Shown here one piece after another: positions 57,145-64,000 of a stretch of DNA of 64,000 bases. The stretch is from contig JAZSDL010000026.1 of assembly GCA_045531135.1 (NCBI GenBank), positions 28,300 through 92,299 on the forward strand, written 5' to 3'. A program made the position numbers and the translations under genes. Under the pieces are notes generated by a model. It saw only the letters and a list, made by a program, of their open reading frames with translations. It did not search any database and had not been told where the DNA came from. The DNA is from Eubacteriales bacterium (GTDB lineage Bacteria > Bacillota > Clostridia > Oscillospirales > CAG-382). Each line of letters starts with the position of its first letter. Position 1 is the stretch's first letter.

Positions 57145-58515
57145 ATGAAGAAATTTGCTTTGCTTATAATTCCGTTTTTACTTTGCGCGGTTCTTATTGC
57201 CTGTGATCTATCTTCGGAAAACGGCGGTAATGAGAGTTCGACCTCCAAAAACGATCAAACCTCGGAAATCAGCAGTTCATCTGCCGGCAGTTCTCAATCT
57301 GCAAGCTCTGCCCTTTCCGAATCCACCGAAGCAACCGATGACGTTATCGAAACAACAATCGAAATTCCTGTCACTGTTTTGGGATATGACACTCTTTCCA
57401 ATGCGGGATTTTCGGTTGATGCAAGCTTCAGCAAAACTGTAAAATTGACTATTGAAGCCAAGAAATCAATTATCGACAGTCTTGATTTAAGCGCTTTTTC
57501 GGCAAGTGTAGATGTTTCGGGCGTTATCGAAAGCGGCGACATTGAATGTATGATAAATTACACATGCCCCGAAAACGTAAAAATAAAGGCAACGCACGAT
57601 AATTTTGTTTCTATTCCCATCACAAAAAAGGGAGGCACCATTACACCTCCCGTAAATCCCGATGCTTACATCACCAACGGCATTCTTATCAGCGGCAACA
57701 GAGGTATGGAGCAGTTTGGCGGATCCTACAACGGCGGTAAGAAAACCGCCGAAAAGCTCAACGCTTTTAAAGAGGCGGTAGGCGACGACGTCAGCGTATA
57801 CATTATGCCCTGCCCTCTTTCCGGTGCATTCTATGCCCCCGACAAGTATCCCAACTCTATTACCAATCACCAAAATTGCTTTAACGGAATAAGAGAGAAT
57901 CTTGTTGGTGTAAAATATGTTGATACACTCTCCGCATTAAGCGCGCACACCGATGAGTACATTTATCTCAGAACCGACTTCCACTGGGCTTCCCTCGGCG
58001 CTTATTATGCGGCAGAAGAGCTTGCCAAGGTTGCCGGCACTCCGTTTGACAATATTTCCACCTTTGTTGAAAAATCGGTAGGCGGATTTGCGGGAAGTCT
58101 TTGCAGTTATGCTCCCGTGCTTAAAAACGATCCCGATACTCTTTACTGGTATGAGCCCAGCCGCGAACACACCGTTACATACTACAACGTGAGCGGATTC
58201 TCGAATCCCATTACAGGCAAATCGCTCTTCTCGAGCAGCAACGGTTACACCAAATTTATTCACGGTGACTCTTACACCACACAGATAAAATCCAACGCAG
58301 GCAACGGCAGAAAGCTTTTGGTAATCAAGGACAGCTACGGAAATGCGCTCGCGCCCTTCCTCCTTTCTTCGTTCGAGGAGGTTATTATCGTTGACTGCAG
58401 ATATTTCAAGCTGAATTCCGCAACGTTTGTTAAAGAACAAGGTATTACCGACGTATGCTTTGCTGTTTCGGCTTTCCGCGCTAACGGCAATCTACCCACA
58501 TTATTAAACAACTAA
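57145..58515 (+). CDS. DHHW-family paralog (DFHW variant) lipoprotein with extra N-terminal YbbR-like domain
   Basis: Lipobox AVLIACD and a Ser-rich linker. A roughly 100-aa beta-rich module resembles YbbR repeats (PVTVLG...VDVSGVIESGDIECMINYTCPENVKI). The motif is YLRTDFHWASLGAYYAA (57976-57987), followed by LLVIKDSYGNALAPFL. Confidence 0.8.
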   Translation: MKKFALLIIPFLLCAVLIACDLSSENGGNESSTSKNDQTSEISSSSAGSSQSASSALSESTEATDDVIETTIEIPVTVLGYDTLSNAGFSVDASFSKTVKLTIEAKKSIIDSLDLSAFSASVDVSGVIESGDIECMINYTCPENVKIKATHDNFVSIPITKKGGTITPPVNPDAYITNGILISGNRGMEQFGGSYNGGKKTAEKLNAFKEAVGDDVSVYIMPCPLSGAFYAPDKYPNSITNHQNCFNGIRENLVGVKYVDTLSALSAHTDEYIYLRTDFHWASLGAYYAAEELAKVAGTPFDNISTFVEKSVGGFAGSLCSYAPVLKNDPDTLYWYEPSREHTVTYYNVSGFSNPITGKSLFSSSNGYTKFIHGDSYTTQIKSNAGNGRKLLVIKDSYGNALAPFLLSSFEEVIIVDCRYFKLNSATFVKEQGITDVCFAVSAFRANGNLPTLLNN

Positions 58516-58527
58516 AAGGAACAGAAT

Positions 58528-60315
58528 ATGCTTAAAACAGAATATCCGTTTGATCTTGATGCGCTGACTGACCACAGAAAAAGAACAAAACGCGAGTTGC
58601 TGAACGACGGAAGCAAACGTATTAAAAAGAATATAGCTGTTTTAGGCGGTTCTACTACCAACGACCTAATTAAAACGTTGGAGGTATTTCTTCTTGCCGA
58701 AGGCATTGAGCCGACGTTCTACGAATCGGAATATAACCGATATTGGCAAGATGCAATGTTTGATAACCCCGAATTACGTGAATTCGGGCCCGATATAATA
58801 TATATCCATACAAGTTATCGTAACATCGCATCGTTTATCCCCGAGACAGAAGATACTCCCGAAGCGGTCGAATCCAAAATCGAGGAACGATACCGTTATT
58901 ACGAGCAGATGTGGCAGAAGTTGTCAAACGACTATTCCTGCCCTATCATCCAGAACAACTTTGAGCTTCCGCCGTACCGCTTGTTCGGTAATAGAGATTG
59001 CAGTAATATACACGGATCGGTATATTTCGTTAACGAGCTTAACGCAAGGTTCTCACAATATGCCCGTCAAAATCAAGGATTTTACATCTGTGACATCAAT
59101 TATGTTGCGGCATGCTTCGGATTGGACAAATGGTATGATGACCAGGCGTGGTATATGTATAAATACGCTTGCTCGCTTGATGCAATTCCGTACTTGGCAT
59201 CTAATTTATCTCACATTATCAAGTCCTTATTCGGTAAGAACAAAAAGGTACTGGCATTGGATCTTGACAATACACTTTGGGGCGGAGTTGTCGGTGATGA
59301 CGGCGTAGAAGGTATTGAAATAGGCGAGGAAACCGCGACATCCGAATGTTATAAGGCATTTCAAGAGTACGTCAAAAAGCAGAAAAGCATTGGTATTATG
59401 CTTACAGTCGCCTCGAAGAATGACCACGAAAATGCCATTGCCGGCTTGAATCACCCCGAAGGCGTTTTGCGCCCCGACGATTTTATTGTTATTAAAGCGA
59501 ATTGGGACACAAAGGACAGAAACCTTGTTGCCACCGCAAACGAAATGGATCTCGGCATTGATTCGTTTGTATTTGCGGATGATAACCCTACCGAGCGTGC
59601 GCTTGCAGAACGCAGTATCAAGGGTATTTCGATACCCAAAATGGACTCCCCTGCCGATTACATCCGAACTATTGACAGAAACGGCTATTTTGAGGTCACC
59701 AATTTCTCGGCTGACGACCTGAAGCGCAACGATATGTACAAGGCAAACGTTATGCGCTCTGAACGCTCTACCGAATTCGCAGACTATACCGAATATCTGC
59801 TGAGCTTGGATATGAAAGGCGAGATCAAACCGTTTGCACCCGTTTATATGCAGCGTATAACTCAGCTCACCAACAAATCAAACCAGTTTAATCTAACCAC
59901 AAAGCGCTATACACAGCCGGAGATAGAATCTGTTGCCAGTGACGGAAGACATATCACGCTTTACGGCAAATTGTCCGATATGTTCGGCGACAACGGTGTT
60001 GTTTCGGTCGTCATCGGTGAAATAAAGGGAACGGTTTGTGATATCGACCTTTGGCTTATGAGCTGCAGAGTTCTTAAAAAGAATATGGAATATGCAATGC
60101 TCGACACTTTGGTAAGTGAGTGCAGGCATCGAGGCATTGATACTGTAATCGGTCACTACTACCCCACCGCGAAGAACGGAATGGTTAAAAACCTGTTTGG
60201 CGATTTCGGTTTTGTAAAAACAAAAGAAGAATCAGACGGAACAACCGAATGGGCGTTAACGGTAGCTGGCTATGAAAACAAGAACAACGTAATTAAAGTT
60301 AACACGGAGGAATAA
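58528..60315 (+). CDS. FkbH-like HAD-IIIC family protein
   Basis: HAD motif I is VLALDLDNTLWGGVVGDDGVEGIEIG (DLDNT at 59260-59274). Motif II region is ASKN and motif IV is VFADDNPTE. The C-terminal GNAT-like fold contains LMSCRVLKKNME (Cys at 60064-60066). Confidence 0.85.
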   Translation: MLKTEYPFDLDALTDHRKRTKRELLNDGSKRIKKNIAVLGGSTTNDLIKTLEVFLLAEGIEPTFYESEYNRYWQDAMFDNPELREFGPDIIYIHTSYRNIASFIPETEDTPEAVESKIEERYRYYEQMWQKLSNDYSCPIIQNNFELPPYRLFGNRDCSNIHGSVYFVNELNARFSQYARQNQGFYICDINYVAACFGLDKWYDDQAWYMYKYACSLDAIPYLASNLSHIIKSLFGKNKKVLALDLDNTLWGGVVGDDGVEGIEIGEETATSECYKAFQEYVKKQKSIGIMLTVASKNDHENAIAGLNHPEGVLRPDDFIVIKANWDTKDRNLVATANEMDLGIDSFVFADDNPTERALAERSIKGISIPKMDSPADYIRTIDRNGYFEVTNFSADDLKRNDMYKANVMRSERSTEFADYTEYLLSLDMKGEIKPFAPVYMQRITQLTNKSNQFNLTTKRYTQPEIESVASDGRHITLYGKLSDMFGDNGVVSVVIGEIKGTVCDIDLWLMSCRVLKKNMEYAMLDTLVSECRHRGIDTVIGHYYPTAKNGMVKNLFGDFGFVKTKEESDGTTEWALTVAGYENKNNVIKVNTEE

Positions 60316-60316
60316 A

Positions 60317-60553
60317 ATGGCAATCAATATCAACGAAAGACTTAACGAGGTTTTTCAAAACGTTTTTGACGATGAGGATATTACCGTAGATCGCGATACC
60401 ACGGCCGACGATATAGATGATTGGGATAGTTTGGAGCACATTCGTCTTGTCGCCGCTGTTGAGCGCGAGTTTGGTGTAAAGTTCACAATGAAAGAAGTCA
60501 GCTCGATGAAAAACGTCGGAGAAATGATCGACATTATCGCCGAAAGAGGATAA
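60317..60553 (+). CDS. acyl carrier protein (phosphopantetheine attachment site DSL)
   Basis: 78 aa and acidic. DIDDWDSLEHIRLVAAVEREFGV contains the Ser codon at 60428-60430. A GGAGG RBS precedes the start, which lies 1 nt after the FkbH-like stop. Confidence 0.85.
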   Translation: MAININERLNEVFQNVFDDEDITVDRDTTADDIDDWDSLEHIRLVAAVEREFGVKFTMKEVSSMKNVGEMIDIIAERG

Positions 60554-60566
60554 TTACAAGCCATAC

Positions 60567-60603
60567 AAAAACGATGCTTCAAAAATCGAAGCATCGTTTT
60601 ATT
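60567..60603 (+). terminator. rho-independent terminator of the MBOAT...ACP operon
   Basis: A 10-bp stem ACGATGCTTC/GAAGCATCGT with loop AAAAATC, followed by TTTTATTT. Confidence 0.88.
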
Positions 60604-60701
60604 TACTTAGTATATATTTTCGAAATCAAGATTTTTTTCTTTTACACCAACCTTTTATTTTTTTCTTGCACTATATAGTCAAAGCGCGCTGGAGTTAAAT
60701 A

Positions 60702-62318
60702 ATGATAAAACAAGAAGCTGACAAAATTATCACTCAATATCTCCCAAAGATCTACGGATTTGCGGTCAAAAAATCCTTTTCGTATGACGAAGCGGAAGAA
60801 TTGAGCGCAGAAATTACAATCGAAGTCTATACTTCACTTCTTAGTCTTGATGATATTTCTAATATCGAGGGCTATATATGGCGAATAAGCGAACACGTTT
60901 ATTCAAAATATGTAGCTTCGAAGAAGAAACATCAGGGTGTTTCTATCGATAATATGGTTTTCCCTTACTATGCGGATTTTGGCAGATTAGAGGCACAAGA
61001 GGAAATATACAAGTTAAGATTGGAGATAGCGTTTTTGAATAAAACGCGACGCGACATTGTTTTTAGTCATTATTACAAAAACCAATCCATTCGCAGTATT
61101 TCCGCAAAAATGGGCATACCCGAGGGAACTGTAAAATGGCACTTGAACAAAGCAAGAAAGGAACTGAATGAAGGTTACAATATGGAAAGAAAGATAGGAA
61201 AACTTGGTTTGAATCCCGTTACCGCGATAAATTTTGGACATGACGGTAACACAGGAAGTGATTTAGGTCCCGAAACATATCTTGGCGACAAGCTCAACCT
61301 GAATATCGTATACAGCGTTTATCAAATTCCGAGAACCGTAAACGAAATCGCAGACGAATTAGGTATGACACCTGTATTTATCGAGGATAAAATTAAACAT
61401 CTCGAAGAAAATGGATTTTTGACAAAGTTTAACGACGGCAAATATACAACGTATGTCAGCTTTTCGCCTGAAACGTATTCTATTGAGGAATATGAACGCA
61501 AGCTAAAAATACAACTTGAAATTGCAGATATTCTTTCAGAAACCTACCCAAAGTTAGTGATCGACGCAATGGCGGATTGCGAGGAGGTATATATCCCGAG
61601 CGGAAACCGCGAGGTTTTTTATGCTGCTTGTATTTACCACGGTATTTTTAAAAGCAACATCCCTATGAACAACGATACCTCGCGTTACGTTATTAAAACA
61701 ACAGCAGGCGGTTCGTTTTACGCATACGTCGATCTCAAAAGCGAGTGCTCCGATCCTGATTATACCCCCGCGCTTGACAATCATAACTATTGGGCTTGCG
61801 GAGAAATGACAAGATGGTCCGAAAAATATCCAAGCGTTGCATCATCAGCTTTTGACACAAGAAGATGCTCGCGTAAAAATGGCTGGGCAAACAACCTCAC
61901 TTCGGATTACGAGTATATTTACGAATACATCACGGCTTCAATCTCCGACAACGAAGCTAACGCAGAAAAGTTTAACAGATTGCGCGAAAGAAAATTCATA
62001 ACAGACGACAATAAAGTGAATATTATGGTCGTTAAGGACAAAATGGATAATTTTCTTAATAAAATCCCTTGTATACCGCAAGAGATTATCGAAAAATTCT
62101 CGAAAGTTGCGCTTGAATTTGCGACGATTTCCGCAAAGCAATATCCGCCGCAAATGCAGGATCTCGAAATTCAGAAAACCGTTACTTCTTTTATCGGAAA
62201 CACGGTAGCACTAATGACGTTGGACAAACTTTATGAAAAAGGCATATTTAAGCCCTTGACCGAAAATGAAAAAGTTACTGTAGATCTGTTTATGTTCTCC
62301 GACGTTTTGCCGAAGTAA
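60702..62318 (+). CDS. sigma-70 family (ECF-like, regions 2 and 4) RNA polymerase sigma factor with a roughly 370 aa C-terminal extension
   Basis: Region 2-like sequence is KIYGFAVKKSFSYDEAEELSAEITIEVY. The region 4 HTH is RRDIVFSHYYKNQSIRSISAKMGIPEGTVKWHLNKARKEL. A second wHTH-like segment (VNEIADELGMTPVFIEDKIKHLEENGFL) follows. I see no TM helix. Confidence 0.78.
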   Translation: MIKQEADKIITQYLPKIYGFAVKKSFSYDEAEELSAEITIEVYTSLLSLDDISNIEGYIWRISEHVYSKYVASKKKHQGVSIDNMVFPYYADFGRLEAQEEIYKLRLEIAFLNKTRRDIVFSHYYKNQSIRSISAKMGIPEGTVKWHLNKARKELNEGYNMERKIGKLGLNPVTAINFGHDGNTGSDLGPETYLGDKLNLNIVYSVYQIPRTVNEIADELGMTPVFIEDKIKHLEENGFLTKFNDGKYTTYVSFSPETYSIEEYERKLKIQLEIADILSETYPKLVIDAMADCEEVYIPSGNREVFYAACIYHGIFKSNIPMNNDTSRYVIKTTAGGSFYAYVDLKSECSDPDYTPALDNHNYWACGEMTRWSEKYPSVASSAFDTRRCSRKNGWANNLTSDYEYIYEYITASISDNEANAEKFNRLRERKFITDDNKVNIMVVKDKMDNFLNKIPCIPQEIIEKFSKVALEFATISAKQYPPQMQDLEIQKTVTSFIGNTVALMTLDKLYEKGIFKPLTENEKVTVDLFMFSDVLPK

Positions 62319-62333
62319 TGCAAGAATAACACA

Positions 62334-62372
62334 AAAACAAGACCACCGATCGATTCGGTGGTCTTGTGCTTA
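62334..62372. terminator. bidirectional rho-independent terminator
   Basis: A 12-bp stem CAAGACCACCGA/TCGGTGGTCTTG with loop TCGAT. An A-run lies upstream and a T-rich tail downstream. It sits between the convergent sigma factor gene and typA. Confidence 0.85.
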
Positions 62373-62373
62373 T

Positions 62374-64000
<1,627 letters not shown>

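Overview
This 64 kb window looks like core chromosome of a low-GC Gram-positive anaerobe, probably Clostridia; that assignment is an inference from gene content, GGAGG-type RBSs and sigma-A style TTGACA/TATAAT promoters. About 58 protein genes are tightly packed. I found no rRNA or tRNA genes, CRISPR arrays, transposases, integrases or phage genes.

**Recognisable content**
- Central metabolism: PFOR (nifJ), ppdK, gap, a Na+-translocating oxaloacetate-type decarboxylase cluster, and rhaD.
- Translation and repair housekeeping: tyrS, metG, pth, mfd, tadA, trmB, typA (truncated at the window end), an ABC-F ATPase and a comM/yifB-like gene.
- Cell wall genes: dapF, murE, a PrsA-like lipoprotein and a VanY-like protein.
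- Many small conserved-unknown genes.

**Best candidate for an undescribed system (54.3-60.6 kb)**
A five-gene operon encodes an MBOAT acyltransferase, two DHHW (AlgX/AlgJ-like) extracytoplasmic proteins, an FkbH-like HAD-IIIC protein and an acyl carrier protein. It resembles a Dlt/Alg-type envelope esterification pathway in which an FkbH-type loader replaces the adenylating ligase. A sigma-70/ECF-like factor with a roughly 370 aa C-terminal extension follows it.

**Other items worth a second look**
- A cluster of four 8/9 DnaA boxes at 6.93-7.03 kb.
- A roughly 170 bp array of GC hairpins flanked by inverted GTTATGAT/TCATAAC motifs just 3' of ppdK.
- An HprK-like P-loop protein paired with a CPBP protease, next to a DUF4234/DUF2752/DUF4234 triad.
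- A decarboxylase cluster with two detached, duplicated biotin-carrier modules.
- A VanY-like protein that appears to lack all zinc ligands.
- A long, translationally coupled operon mixing unknown-function genes with tadA and metG.

All family assignments come from reading the translated ORFs and recalling motifs. No database search was run.
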